Of a stretch of 64,000 nucleotides of DNA, positions 53,048-64,000 are shown piece after piece. Source of the stretch: Nitrospirota bacterium (GTDB taxonomy: Bacteria > Nitrospirota > UBA9217); the NCBI GenBank assembly GCA_963818475.1, contig CAWFSF010000006.1, forward strand, positions 2,208,001 through 2,272,000, given 5' to 3'. A model generated the notes under the pieces. That model made no database searches. It saw nothing but the letters and a program-made list of their open reading frames with translations, and had not been told where the DNA came from. Numbering within the stretch: position 1 is the stretch's first letter; each line of letters starts with the position of its first letter. The position numbers and the translations under genes are program-made.

Positions 53048-54979
53048 TTACGTTGGGATCACGGTTCCCATTTCCGACACATCATAGCCGCCCATATCCC
53101 TGATGTGGTCTCGGAAAGCCCTGTCTTCACGAATAATGCCGAGCAGCGCCTGCAGCATGGGATCGTGGTAGTACTCGCCCAGGATCGCGAGGTCATACCG
53201 CTCGTTCGCCACAGGCACGAAGTCGAGATCAAGCGCCTGGGCCGCCGAAAGCACGCCAAGCCCGGTATCAGCAGCGCCGGAAAGCACGGCCGCGGCCACC
53301 GCCATGTGCGTAAATTCCTCGTGATGATACCCCTTTACGGACTTTGGGTCAATTCCTAATCTCTTCAAGTACAGGTCCGTCAAGAGACGCGTGCCTGCTC
53401 CGGCCTGGCGGTTCACAAAAACGACGTCTTCACGCACCAGGTCTTCAAAGCCCCTGATGCCTTTGGGATTGCCCTTCGGCACCATGAATCCCTGTGTCCG
53501 GTGCACCAGGTTCACGAGTACGACCGGTTTGTCCGGAAGAAGCTTCTTGAGGTAGGTCACGTTGTACTCGCCCGTTTCCTCATCGAGCAGATGCGTGCCT
53601 GCACAATGGGCCTCGCCGCGCTTGAGCGCCAGAAGCCCGCCCATGCTGCCCACGTGGGCGGACGAAAAGGAAAGATCCGGATGTTTCTTCTTCAGAAAGT
53701 TCGCAAGTACATCGAGCGCGTTGTCATGGGAGCCGATACAGACGATGGTGTGCCTGATGTCGCGGGGAGACCGGAAAAGCTCCACCGGTACATCGTGCCC
53801 CGCGCCGAGGCCTTCGCTTCCTGCCGGAACGCGTACAATGCCGTCGGCACGCACCAGCGACATGAGCGCTCCTGCCCCCCGGCTCACGGGCGTTGCGATC
53901 AATTTGCCCGAGACACTGCCGACCTTCACGCGGATGAACTCCTCAGTGCCAAGCGAGGACGCAACCTGGCGGCTTAATTTCGCCAAAATGCTTACCGGAG
54001 CGGGTGACGCCAGTCCCAGTAATGCATAGATCAGGGGCTTCACAAAAAGGTTGAACGTTAGCGCTGCAGAGACCGGATATCCCGGAATGCCGATCACGGG
54101 TTTGCCCTGAACAATGGCGAGGATCACGGGCTTGCCGGGCTTGATGGCTACCCCGTGCACCAGGACCTCGCCGAGCTCCGCGATGACATCAGCGGTAAAA
54201 TCTTCCCTGCCTGCGGAAGAACCGGCGTTGATCACCACCAGGTCGGAACCGGAAAGAGCGTCAAGGATGGACTGTTTGAGAAGAGCAGCGTCATCCGTTA
54301 CGATGTTCCTGCGGACCGCATGCGCGCCGCACTCCGTTGCCATGGCCGCAAGCATGGTCGAATTGAAATCGATGATATCGCCCTTTTTGAGCTCGCTGCC
54401 GGGGTCCACCAGTTCGGTCCCGGTGGGCAGGATGGAGATAACAGGTCTTACGCGCAGCATGACCGTGGTGTGACCGCTGGCTAACATGGCTGCCATGTCC
54501 GCCGGCCGAACCGTATGGTTCTCTGAAATGATGAGCTCCGTGGCAACGATGTCCTCGCCCACCAGCCGCACATGCTGCCATGGCGTGGCCGGCTTCAGGA
54601 TCTCGATCTCGGATCCGGACAGCTTCTCCACGTCCTCGATCATGATCACGGCGTCATACCCGTCAGGCATGGGGTCGCCGGTATCGATCGCAACGGCCTG
54701 CGCCGGAACGGTGAGCCGTTTCGGCCTTGTCTCGCTTGCTCCGAAGGTGTCGATGAACCGAACAGCGTACCCATCCATGGCCGCGGAATGATAAAAGGGC
54801 GATGACAGCTTCGCGATCACCGCTTCCGACGTAACGCGCCCCAGCGCATCGCCGACCGGAACCGGCTCTCCCGCGAGCGGTCTGCCGATATTCGCTTTTT
54901 TCAGCGCAGCATCGTATTTCGCGATCGCCTCAGCGAGCGGCAGGTTGTCGAGATATTTTTTTTGTTTGAATTTCTTCAA
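53048..54979 (-). CDS. moeA: MoeA fused to a periplasmic-binding-like (PBP) domain
   Basis: AAMDGYAV, GSSAGREDF, KPGKP, PGYPVS; C-terminal GSHD, GSMGGL, NRQAGAGTR. Confidence 0.92.
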   Translation of the reverse strand: MKKFKQKKYLDNLPLAEAIAKYDAALKKANIGRPLAGEPVPVGDALGRVTSEAVIAKLSSPFYHSAAMDGYAVRFIDTFGASETRPKRLTVPAQAVAIDTGDPMPDGYDAVIMIEDVEKLSGSEIEILKPATPWQHVRLVGEDIVATELIISENHTVRPADMAAMLASGHTTVMLRVRPVISILPTGTELVDPGSELKKGDIIDFNSTMLAAMATECGAHAVRRNIVTDDAALLKQSILDALSGSDLVVINAGSSAGREDFTADVIAELGEVLVHGVAIKPGKPVILAIVQGKPVIGIPGYPVSAALTFNLFVKPLIYALLGLASPAPVSILAKLSRQVASSLGTEEFIRVKVGSVSGKLIATPVSRGAGALMSLVRADGIVRVPAGSEGLGAGHDVPVELFRSPRDIRHTIVCIGSHDNALDVLANFLKKKHPDLSFSSAHVGSMGGLLALKRGEAHCAGTHLLDEETGEYNVTYLKKLLPDKPVVLVNLVHRTQGFMVPKGNPKGIRGFEDLVREDVVFVNRQAGAGTRLLTDLYLKRLGIDPKSVKGYHHEEFTHMAVAAAVLSGAADTGLGVLSAAQALDLDFVPVANERYDLAILGEYYHDPMLQALLGIIREDRAFRDHIRDMGGYDVSEMGTVIPT

Positions 54980-56257
54980 AACAGCCTCACCTCCACGTCC
55001 TCCCCGACCTCGATCCCGATCTTATTGACCGGCACCACGACCGTGCCCACGGCCTTGACCAGGGTACTGATGAGCCCCGATGCGCCGAACACGGGCCTGG
55101 CCCAGAGGCCGTCGTCCTTTTTCTCGAGCATGACCCGCACATGGTCCTCGCGCCCCGGTGAGGAGGACAATGCTCCTGGCCAGTTTCGCTTTCACGCTGC
55201 GATATGCGGAGACACCCGCAAGCGCGGGATGAGGCACTTCTCCGGTCATGCGCGCAAGGACCGGCTTTACGAACAGTTCAAAACAGATACTGACCGCGGC
55301 AGGATGTCCGGGCAGGCCGAACACCGGCACCTGCTTTGCGGGTGTATTGAGCACGCCCATGATGAGCGGCTTGCCCGGCTTGATGGAAACGCCGTGCACC
55401 AGCACGCCGGGCCTGCCCAGATCATTGATCACCTTCGCGGTCAGGTCCATTGTGCCCACGGAACTGCCGCCGGTCATCAGAACAAGATCACAATCCCCAA
55501 GGGCGGCTTCGAGCGCTTCTCGCAACCGGCCATATTCGTCCGGGATAATGCCCCTCTTGAGCGGGATGCCGCCTGTTTGTGCGATGAGCCCTTCAAGATT
55601 GTAGGAATTGATGTCGCGCACCTGGCCGGGAGCGGGTGCAGTGTCGGCGGGAACAACTTCATTGCCGGTGTTGATGATCGCCACCCTTGGTTTTTCAAAA
55701 ACACGGATACGAGTAATGCCGACGCCTGCCAGTGCGCCCATGTCCTGCGGCCGCATCCGGTGGCCGCGGCTCAGGATGATCTCGCCTTTTTTGATATCAT
55801 CGCCGGCCTGGACCACGTTCTCGAGCGGTGCAACGGGCTTCACCACTTCGATCTGCACTGCGTCTACAGACTGGGTCTGCTCAAGCATGACCACGGCATC
55901 GGCCCCTTTCGGGAGTGCGCCGCCGGTCGCGATCTTCATGGTTTCACCTGCGGACAGGGCGCGGTCTGGCATGCTGCCCATGGCGATATCGCCCACGATC
56001 GTCACCAGTGCAGGCCGCGACTCGGCTGCGCCAAAGGTGTCCGCGCTTCGCACGGCGAATCCGTCCATGGTGGAACGGTCGAACTCAGGGAGGTCTTCAG
56101 GCGACGCGATGTCTAAAGCAACGATCCTGCCGAGGGACAGGCTGATGGAGAGTTCTTCCGGTTTGGGTGAGGCAATGGTCAGATGGAGCTCAAGCGCCTT
56201 GAACGCTTCCTCCCGGGATACTACGCCGGACCGGCCGAGCATGTCTTTCATGGTCAT
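54976..56257 (-). CDS. moeA: Molybdopterin molybdotransferase MoeA (frameshift near 55165)
   Basis: RSTMDGFAV, TGNEV, GGSSVG..D, KPGKP, LPGHP. Confidence 0.92.
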
Positions 56258-56402
56258 GAATACCCCAATGATTAAATTCCAAATCCTAATATCGAAATCC
56301 TAAATAAATCACAAAAAGCAATCATTCAAATTCGAAACGTTCATACTTGAATTTCAGCATTTCGATATTATTTAGGATTTCGGATTTTGCGTTTCGTGCT
56401 TG

Positions 56403-57335
56403 TTACTTTCCTTCCGCCTTCGCCTTGATCTTGCGCACGTATGATGCGGCCCGCATCCCGGCAACAGACCCTTCGCCCGCCGCGGCGACGATCTGCATCC
56501 CGCCGCAGGTGCAGTCGCCGGCAGCGAACACGCCGTCGAGGTTCATGCGCTGGTGCTTGTCCACGATCAGGCAACCGCGGTCGTCCGTCAGGCCGCCCGC
56601 TTTCAGGATGAGCTGCGAGATGGGGGTGGACCCCATGGCGATGAATACGCCTTCGAGTTCCAGCACGGCCTCGGTCCCATCGCGGCTGATCCTGAGCCCC
56701 GTGACCAGTTCATCTCCCACGACGGCATGGATCTTCGCCACGGGAAGGATCTCCACGTTCGGCTTGGACTTGAGCCGGGCCAGGACGGCAGTCACGATAT
56801 CAAGCTCCTTGTGCGGCACCACGGTGACCTTCTCGGCGAGGTCGGCAAGATGAAGCGCTTCCTCCGCAGCCTCGTTGTCGGATCCGACCACCGCGACCTT
56901 CCTGCCCTTGAAGAAGTTGCCGTCACAGGTGGCGCAGTAGGACACACCCTTGCCGAGGAACTCCTTGGCGCCGGGCACTTCGAGCTTTTTCCTGGCCACG
57001 CCGATCGCGATGATCACCACGTGCCCTTCATAGACCTCGTCGCGGGTGCGCACGCGCTTGATCTCGCCCGTAAGCTCCATGTCCACGACTTCCACCGGAT
57101 AGATGATCGTCGCGCCGAATTTCTCGGCCTGTTTTGCCATGATCTGGGTGAGGTCCATGCCGTTGATCGTCTCATACCCGGGGTAGTTCTCAATATGCGA
57201 GATCTTGGCGGTATAACCGCCGACAAAATCCTTTTCGAGCACTACGCATTTCTGGCCGGCCCTGCCGAGATACAGTGCGGCAGTAAGGCCCGCGGGACCG
57301 GAACCGATGATGATCGCGTCATACATTTGTGCCAT
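56403..57335 (-). CDS. trxB: Thioredoxin reductase
   Basis: GSGPAG, ENYPG, GVSYCATCDG, VFAAGD. Confidence 0.88.
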   Translation of the reverse strand: MAQMYDAIIIGSGPAGLTAALYLGRAGQKCVVLEKDFVGGYTAKISHIENYPGYETINGMDLTQIMAKQAEKFGATIIYPVEVVDMELTGEIKRVRTRDEVYEGHVVIIAIGVARKKLEVPGAKEFLGKGVSYCATCDGNFFKGRKVAVVGSDNEAAEEALHLADLAEKVTVVPHKELDIVTAVLARLKSKPNVEILPVAKIHAVVGDELVTGLRISRDGTEAVLELEGVFIAMGSTPISQLILKAGGLTDDRGCLIVDKHQRMNLDGVFAAGDCTCGGMQIVAAAGEGSVAGMRAASYVRKIKAKAEGK

Positions 57336-57538
57336 GAACAATTCCTCCTTCGTAAAACGAATGATTCATTCTATCCAAGAGCCTGAAACAAGTCAACCCC
57401 GGAATCAGCTCATGCCGTTGTTTCGCCATGCAAAAGGGCTGGGCGGACCGGTCTTCGGACCACAGGCACTTCCGTGCTTGCGCACTGCATCGTACTTCGT
57501 GTACTATATTGAAAAAAGAACGATCATTGGGAGGGATC

Positions 57539-57712
57539 ATGGATCAGGAGAGTATTATCGATGTGGTCAGGAAGGCTGCTGCCGAGAACCGGTTGTCTTG
57601 TGAAAAAGCCCGCGAACTGGCGGAGGAGTTGAAGGTCCCGGTCAGCGAGATCGGCAGGATCTGCAACGCGCTGAAGATAAAGATAACCGCATGCCAGCTC
57701 GGCTGCTTTTAG
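57539..57712 (+). CDS. Small conserved Cys-containing protein (..CQLGCF)
   Basis: 57 aa, GGAGG RBS, LSCEKA..LA..L..IG.ICN.LKIKI.ACQLGCF. Confidence 0.8.
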   Translation: MDQESIIDVVRKAAAENRLSCEKARELAEELKVPVSEIGRICNALKIKITACQLGCF

Positions 57713-57713
57713 C

Positions 57714-58847
57714 TCACTGACCGCGGCTCGGATCGGCCTCGCGCACCGGCATGCCGCAGCCCCGGGTATAGCACGTAACCTTGTTCTTTCCTTCTGCTTT
57801 TGACCGGTACAGTGCGATGTCGGCCTCATGCACCAGATCGTTCACTGATTTCTCGTTGCCCTGCCCAACCGTGGAGACGCCGAGGCTGACCGTCACCGGC
57901 TCATGAGGATGCAGCATCTTGACGGTGAAGGGATACTCATCAACGCTGCGTCGTACGCGCTCCGCCACAACAGCGGCCTCCTCCATGCCTGTTTCGCCGA
58001 GGAGGATCGAGAACTCCTCGCCGCCGTAACGGAAGCAGACATCCGTGCTGTCCTTCCGGCATGAGGCCTGCAGCACCGGCCCAATCTGGGCCAGCAGCCT
58101 GCTCCCCTCGAGGTGGCCGTAGCGGTCGTTGATCCGCTTGAAATCATCGATGTCGATCATGATAAAGGAAAACTCGCGGCCGGTCCGCGCCTGCCGCCGC
58201 GCCTCCTCATCGAGCTTTTCGAGCAGCACCCGGTAATTGAGCAGCCCGGTCAATTCGTCGACCCGCGCAAGATCGAGCGTTTTTCTGAACAGCTCGGCCT
58301 TTTCAAGCCCCACCGATATCAAATGGGAGATGGTCCGGATCAGGTCGAAGTCCTCGATGCGGAAGGCGTTGCGTTTGCTGTGGCTCAACCCGATGATGCC
58401 TACGACCTGGGTCTCGTTCTTCAAAGCGACGCCCATATAGCTTCCGGCTTTCCAGGCCTCGTCAGGATGATGGATGAAGCCATCGAACCCGCCGGCATCC
58501 GGCAAATAAAGCGGCTCGCCTGTGGCCGCAATCCGTCCCGGCGCGCCGTTATCGAAAAAGATCGAACCCAGTACCCTGCCCCGGAACAGGGGGCCTTGAA
58601 AGTAAAAAGGCTCCAGCGTGGTCATGTCCTTTCTGACCATGTAGACGAGGGCGTCCTCAAAGTTGATCGCTTTCCCTACCGCAGTGATGACCTTCTGGAC
58701 GAGGTCGTAGGGCTCAAGCTCTGAAGCGATGGTCTTCCCCACCTCATAGAACAAATGCGTTTCCATGAGCTTCCGGTAAAAAAGCGGTTTAAATTCCCGC
58801 ACAGTTTCCGGCATTGCGTCTTTAGGGGCCTTCGTTTTCCTGGGCAT
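57714..58847 (-). CDS. GAF-GGDEF diguanylate cyclase
   Basis: DELTGL, DIDDFK.IND.YGH, RYGGEEF. Confidence 0.92.
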   Translation of the reverse strand: MPRKTKAPKDAMPETVREFKPLFYRKLMETHLFYEVGKTIASELEPYDLVQKVITAVGKAINFEDALVYMVRKDMTTLEPFYFQGPLFRGRVLGSIFFDNGAPGRIAATGEPLYLPDAGGFDGFIHHPDEAWKAGSYMGVALKNETQVVGIIGLSHSKRNAFRIEDFDLIRTISHLISVGLEKAELFRKTLDLARVDELTGLLNYRVLLEKLDEEARRQARTGREFSFIMIDIDDFKRINDRYGHLEGSRLLAQIGPVLQASCRKDSTDVCFRYGGEEFSILLGETGMEEAAVVAERVRRSVDEYPFTVKMLHPHEPVTVSLGVSTVGQGNEKSVNDLVHEADIALYRSKAEGKNKVTCYTRGCGMPVREADPSRGQ

Positions 58848-58976
58848 GCACGACCTTCCTGGACTCCTTCCGGGAACGCTCCCGGAAGGATAAGTAAGTC
58901 AATACTATACCATTTTTTTTCCCGATGCAAATGGAATTATTGGCTTGCACCATATTTCACTGCGGAGGAAAAACCG

Positions 58977-61576
58977 CTATGAAACGGCTACGCTGCCGGC
59001 CCGGCTGTGGAACACCAGCCGGCGATCGTCCCGATCGATGACCACCTGCGAACCTTCCCGCACCTCGCCGGACAGGATCTTCGCAGCAAGGGGATTCAGG
59101 ATCTCCCGCTGAATGACCCGCTTGAGCGGCCGGGCGCCATAGACCAGGTCGAAGCCTTCCTCGGCCATAAGCTCCTTGGCCCCCTCGGTAAGCTCGATCA
59201 CGATCTTCTTGTCAGCAAGCCGTTTCTGCACCTGGCCCACCTGGATGACAACGATGTGCCTGAGCACTTCGGCGTCCAGGGGATGGAAAATGATCATATC
59301 GTCCACGCGGTTCAGGAACTCCGGCTTGAAATGCTGCCGCATCGCCTCCATGACCCGCCGTCCCATTTCTTCCTCGTCGTTCTGTATGTCCTGGATATAC
59401 TGGCTGCCGATATTGGAGGTCATGATGACCACGGTGTTCTTGAAGTCAACGGTCCGCCCCTGGCCGTCGGTCAGCCTGCCGTCGTCGAGCAGCTGCAGGA
59501 GCGTATTGAACACTTCGGGATGCGCTTTTTCGATCTCGTCAAAGAGCACCACGGCGTAGGGCCTTCGGCGCACGGCTTCGGTGAGCTGTCCGCCCTCTTC
59601 GTATCCCACATAGCCCGGAGGCGCGCCGATGAGGCGCGATACCGTATGGCGCTCCTGGTATTCGGACATGTCGATGCGGATCATGGCCTGTTCGTCGTCA
59701 AAGAGGAACTCGGCAAGCGCCCGCGCCAGTTCGGTCTTGCCCACGCCCGTGGGCCCCATGAAGATGAAGCTCCCGATCGGCCGGTTCGGGTCCTGGATCC
59801 CGGCCCGGGCGCGCCGGACCGCGTTGGACACGGCAACGATCGCCTCGTCCTGGCCGACCACGCGCTGACCGAGACGGTCCTCCATGTGGAGCAGCTTCTG
59901 CATGTCCCCTTCCAGCATCTTGCTCACCGGGATGCCGGTCCACTTGGAAACGATCTCCGCCACATCCTCCTCATCCACCTCTTCCTTGAGGATCTTGGTC
60001 TCGGCCTGCACTTTGCTCAGGATCGCCGATTCGGCGGCGAGCTTCTTTTGCAGTTCGATCAATGTTCCGTATCGCAGTTCGGCCGCCCGCCCCAGGTCTC
60101 CCTGACGCTCGGCTTTCTCGGCATCGATCTTCGCCTGCTCCATCTGCTCCTTGATGGTCCTGATCTTCTGGATGCCCTCTTTCTCGGACTGCCACTGCGC
60201 CCGCAGGCCACCCCGCTTCTCCGCCAGGTCGGCGATCTCCTTCTCGATCTTCGCCAGCCGGTCGCGCGATGCGGGGTCCGTCTCTTTCTTGACGGCCTCC
60301 CGCTCGATCTCAAGCTGACGGATCCGCCGCTCCACCTCGTCCAGCTCGACGGGCATGCTGTCGATCTCCATGCGGAGCCGCGACGCGGCCTCGTCGATCA
60401 GGTCGATGGCCTTGTCCGGCAGGAACCGGTCGGCGATGTAGCGGTGCGACAGAAGCGCCGCGCTCACCAGCGCCGCGTCCTTGATCTTCACGCCGTGATG
60501 CACCTCGTAGCGCTCCTTGAGGCCGCGCAGGATCGAGATGGTGTCCTCGACCGAGGGCTCGCGCACCAGCACCGGCTGGAAGCGCCGCTCCAGCGCCGGG
60601 TCCTTCTCGATGTACTTCCGGTACTCGTTCAGGGTCGTCGCGCCGACGCACCGCAGCTCGCCCCGCGCCAGTGCCGGCTTCAGCATGTTGGAGGCGTCCA
60701 TGGCGCCTTCGGCCGCTCCCGCGCCGACCACGGTATGCAGTTCGTCGATGAACAGGATCACTTCTCCCTGCGCTTCGGTCACTTCCTTCAGCACGGCCTT
60801 CAGCCGGTCCTCGAACTCGCCGCGGTACTTGGCGCCGGCAATGAGCGCGCCCATGTCGAGCGCCACCACGCGTTTGTTCTTCAGGCCTTCGGGCACGTCG
60901 CCGCTCACGATGCGCTGCGCCAGCCCCTCGGCGATGGCGGTCTTGCCCACGCCTGGCTCGCCGATCAGGACCGGGTTGTTCTTGGTCCGCCGCGACAGGA
61001 CCTGGACCACGCGCCGGATCTCCTCGTCCCTGCCGATCACCGGATCGAGCTTGCCGCGCCGCGCCGCGTCGGTCAGGTCCCTGCCGTAGCGGGTCAGAGC
61101 CTGGTATTTGTCCTCGGGGTTCTGGTCGGTCACGCGCTGGCTGCCGCGGATGTCGACCAGGACGGTGAAGATGGCGTCACTGGTCACGCCGTGACGCGCC
61201 AGGACTTCCCGTGCCGCACCGTCGCCGTTCGCTGCGGCGATCAGCAGATGTTCCGTGCTGACATACTCGTCCTTGAGCCTCTGGGCCTCTTGCTCCGCCC
61301 GCTCGAACAACTTGTTCAGACGCGGGGAGAGATAGGTCTGCACCAGCCCCTCGATCTTCGGCAGCCGGTCAAGCGCCCCGTCGAGGTCCGCCTTCAGCCT
61401 GCCGGGGTCAGCGCCCAGCTTCTTCAAAAGCGGCAGCACCACGCCGTCCGTCTGCTCCAGCAGCGCCGCAAGCAGTGCTCGGTCTCGATCTGCTGATGAT
61501 GAAGCTTGCCGGCTATCTCCTGCGCTGCCTGCACCGCTTCTTGCGATTTCAAGGTGAACTTGTCATAACGTGCCAT
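58977..61576 (-). CDS. clpB: Chaperone ClpB (frameshift near 61475)
   Basis: MARYDKFT start; [16 protein letters not shown], coiled-coil M domain, GARPLKR. Confidence 0.96.
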
Positions 61577-61684
61577 GATGTCCTCCCATTGCGTGATACA
61601 CGATGCATGCTACACGATGCATGATACAGGAAGTAAGAAATCGCTGATAGTTTTCATCATGCATCCGGCATCATGCATCCTGTA

Positions 61685-62062
61685 TCATTCCTCTCTCCTC
61701 ACCACGATACTTCTCACCTGCACACGTGCTTTTTTCCGGTTTTCTTCCTGGCGCCGCATCTCGAACAATTCCTCCTGGAGCTGCCTGATCGTCTCCTCCA
61801 TGCTCCGCTGCATCTGCTCCATCTTCTCGCGCATCGAGAGGATCACCTCGACGCCCGCAAGGTTGACGCCGAGGTCGCGCGTGAGCCGCAGCACCATTTC
61901 GAGCTTCTCGATGTCGTCTTCGGAATACAGCCGCGTATTCCCAACGCTCCGCGACGGTTTGATAAAACCTTCGCGTTCATAGATCCTGAGCGTCTGAGGA
62001 TGGATCCCCAGCATTTCCGACACCACACTGATCATATACAGCCGATGTTTTCGCTCAGCCAT
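61685..62062 (-). CDS. hspR: MerR-family heat-shock repressor HspR
   Basis: YMISVVSEML.IHPQTLR.YE, GNTRLYS, LGVNLAGV; located between dnaJ and clpB. Confidence 0.9.
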   Translation of the reverse strand: MAERKHRLYMISVVSEMLGIHPQTLRIYEREGFIKPSRSVGNTRLYSEDDIEKLEMVLRLTRDLGVNLAGVEVILSMREKMEQMQRSMEETIRQLQEELFEMRRQEENRKKARVQVRSIVVRREE

Positions 62063-62155
62063 CACACACCCCGTGGTTCAGTGCGAATTGAACATACCCT
62101 AAAACACACTTCACATTTACTCCGCACTCCGAACACCGAACACCTAACTCCAAAC

Positions 62156-63289
62156 TCAACTTCTCTTCCTGAAACCCTTGAATGACGTATCCTGACGCGG
62201 GTTGGAAGGATGCAGCTTGTCAAGCTCTCTAAGCAGCTCTTTTCCGCGGTCGCTCAACCCGGCAGGCGTAACCACCTTGATGGTTGCATACTGGTCGCCC
62301 ACACCTCCGCCGCCCAGATGGGGAACGCCTTTTCCCGTGAGCTTCAGCTGCTGCCCCGATTGAACGCCCGGCGGCAGCGTGAGCGTGACCATGCCGTCCA
62401 CGGTCGGGATCTCCACTTTGTCGCCCAATGCCGCTTCCTTTACCGTGACGCGCACATCGGCATAGAGATCGTCGCCTTTTCGCTCAAAATGATGGTGAGG
62501 CCGCACCTTGGTGATGATATAGAGGTCGCCGGAAGGCCCTCCCTTGGCGCCGGCCTCTCCCATGCCCGATACGCGGATCTTGGACCCGTTGTCAACGCCG
62601 GGAGGGATCTTGACATTGATGCGCTCGATCTTCGGCACGATGCCGCTGCCGTTGCAGGACCTGCAGGGATTCGGATTGATCGTGCCTTCTCCGCGGCAGG
62701 TGGGACAGGGCTGGGCGATCTGCATGAATCCTTTTCCCTGGGAAATGCGGCCCGAGCCCATGCAGGTGGGACAGGTCCGCCGCGAACTGCCCGGAGCTGC
62801 GCCCGACCCTGAACAGGCGCCGCACGTTGCATCCCGCCGCAGTTCTACCTGCATGGTCCTTCCATAAATGGCATCTTCAAGGTCCACTTCAACCGAGTAG
62901 GTCAGGTCCTCGCCTTTCTGAGGACCGCGTTGCCGTTCTGCGCCGCCGAAAAGATTTCCAAAGAGGTCCTCGAAATTGCCCCCCCTGAAGAAGTCTCCGC
63001 CCTGGGCCGCGCCCCCAAAGCCTCCTCCCGGCCGCTGCTGAGCATCAAAGCCCTGTTCAAAAGCTGCATGGCCGAACTGGTCGTATTGTTGCCGCTTCTT
63101 CGGGTCTGACAGGACTTCGTAGGCCTCGCTTATTTCCTTGAACTTAGACTCGGAAGCCTTGTCCCCGGGGTTCACATCAGGATGATATTTCCGGGCATAC
63201 TTTCTGAATGCCTTCTTAATTTCAGCTTCGGAAGCCGTTTTTTTCAGACCCAAAAGTTCGTAATAATCACTATTTGTACCAGTTGCCAT
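62156..63289 (-). CDS. dnaJ: Chaperone DnaJ
   Basis: HPD J-domain, G/F region, four CxxCxGxG. Confidence 0.95.
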   Translation of the reverse strand: MATGTNSDYYELLGLKKTASEAEIKKAFRKYARKYHPDVNPGDKASESKFKEISEAYEVLSDPKKRQQYDQFGHAAFEQGFDAQQRPGGGFGGAAQGGDFFRGGNFEDLFGNLFGGAERQRGPQKGEDLTYSVEVDLEDAIYGRTMQVELRRDATCGACSGSGAAPGSSRRTCPTCMGSGRISQGKGFMQIAQPCPTCRGEGTINPNPCRSCNGSGIVPKIERINVKIPPGVDNGSKIRVSGMGEAGAKGGPSGDLYIITKVRPHHHFERKGDDLYADVRVTVKEAALGDKVEIPTVDGMVTLTLPPGVQSGQQLKLTGKGVPHLGGGGVGDQYATIKVVTPAGLSDRGKELLRELDKLHPSNPRQDTSFKGFRKRS

Positions 63290-63318
63290 ATATCCCCCAT
63301 TAACCTTACAATAGTTAT

Positions 63319-63348
63319 AATATAAAATATGAGTCAGTCATTGTCAAG
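63319..63348 (-). promoter_or_regulatory. dnaJ promoter with HAIR-like HspR operator
   Basis: TTGACA-17-TATATT; CTTGACA-N7-ACTCATA matches HAIR CTTGAGT-N7-ACTCAAG at 10/14. Confidence 0.65.
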
Positions 63349-63421
63349 TACGTTTTCATAAAAAAGCGCGTAGCTAAAATATCCCACTACACGCACTAAA
63401 CTAAGATAATTTTAATTCATC

Positions 63422-64000
63422 CTACGACGAAGCAACAATATTTCTAGCAGTATCACCCACCACAACATTAATGAAAGCATCTCCTTGGTACACCCAAATT
63501 TCGCTATTGTCATGTTTAAGCTTTTCTATAACATCCGTTGCGATTGATAAGCCGGACATGCCTTTCAATTTCCCTATCGTTTCCAGGGCATAGAAGCGGA
63601 CCAGGGCGTTCTTATCATTCAGCGCGGCTTTGATAATATCGGAATAGGGGACTACAAGGTCTGGAGCCGATTCCGCGATCCTGCTGAACGCGTAAAGAAC
63701 TCCCGGCCTGAACACATCCTCCTCGATGGCATAGACATCCGCGATCAGCGGAACAATATCGGCAAATCGCCGGGGGTCGGCACAAACGATCTCACCGATC
63801 AATTCCGGGGCCGACCATCCGATGCCGCCGGATTCATCGGACAAGGACCAGCGAAGCTTCCGGATCGTTTCGCGCAAAAAATCGTAGTTGGTCTTGACCA
63901 TTTCCCTGGCAATGACCCCAACAGCCTTGATCGCCCGCCAGCCGATCAGAGTATCTTTATCATAGGCGAGACGAACGAGCAGGGAAAGTGTCCTTCTTGA
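63422..64000 (-). CDS. DVU0298-family HEAT-like protein (5' end outside window)
   Basis: RKLRWSLSDESGGIGWSAPELIGEI; frame open to 64000. Confidence 0.75.
   Translation of the reverse strand, partial: SRRTLSLLVRLAYDKDTLIGWRAIKAVGVIAREMVKTNYDFLRETIRKLRWSLSDESGGIGWSAPELIGEIVCADPRRFADIVPLIADVYAIEEDVFRPGVLYAFSRIAESAPDLVVPYSDIIKAALNDKNALVRFYALETIGKLKGMSGLSIATDVIEKLKHDNSEIWVYQGDAFINVVVGDTARNIVASS

Noticed and set aside
59007-61496. 829-aa plus-strand ORF and many other long antisense ORFs
   Set aside because: Shadow frames opposite well-conserved genes (clpB etc.), a product of high-GC codon bias.
4202-61576. Numerous frameshifts (higA, MinD-like, cusA, copA, kinase, yyaL, tolA, moeA, clpB) as pseudogenes or programmed frameshifts
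   Set aside because: They are spread across conserved housekeeping genes, often at homopolymers; best explained by long-read indel errors.
1-64000. CRISPR array, rRNA, integron attC array, intact transposase/integrase, prophage
   Set aside because: No regularly spaced direct repeats, cas genes, integrase or phage structural genes were seen; the repeats found are palindromic or heptameric intergenic elements.

Overview
GC-rich bacterial chromosome segment. Gene content (DVU0298-like, hspR-clpB, MoeA-PBP, a Sec-type oxidoreductase) suggests an anaerobic Nitrospirota or deltaproteobacterium-like organism, which is inference. Many genes are split by single-base indels, most likely long-read assembly errors. 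Layout: (1) 0-2.5 kb: kinase start, a DsbA/FrnE-like gene with an in-frame UGA (probable selenoprotein), and a MITE carrying a GxxExxY remnant. (2) 2.6-13.4 kb: AT-rich accessory/defence hotspot. Between remnants of a type I R-M hsdR and hsdM lie a HEPN-motif gene preceded by a promoter-driven tRNA-mimic RNA and terminator-like hairpin, HigB/HigA-IrrE, a beta-family protein, sce7726, a transglutaminase-like protein, a multi-TM protein and SIR2. Two paralogous promoter/operator elements and a secreted-protein cassette follow. (3) scpA-HEAT-scpB-MinD-like-DnaJ/HTH. (4) 18-31.5 kb: copper island (CusCBA, CopA, Met-rich proteins, YHS-TrxR-like) with sigma54-type promoters. (5) pal-cpoB, separated from tolQRAB by about 16 kb of signalling/redox genes. 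(6) Two moeA genes, trxB, GGDEF and dnaJ-hspR-clpB. The best candidate for an undescribed system is the tRNA-mimic RNA + HEPN gene, whose layout resembles a type III toxin-antitoxin locus.
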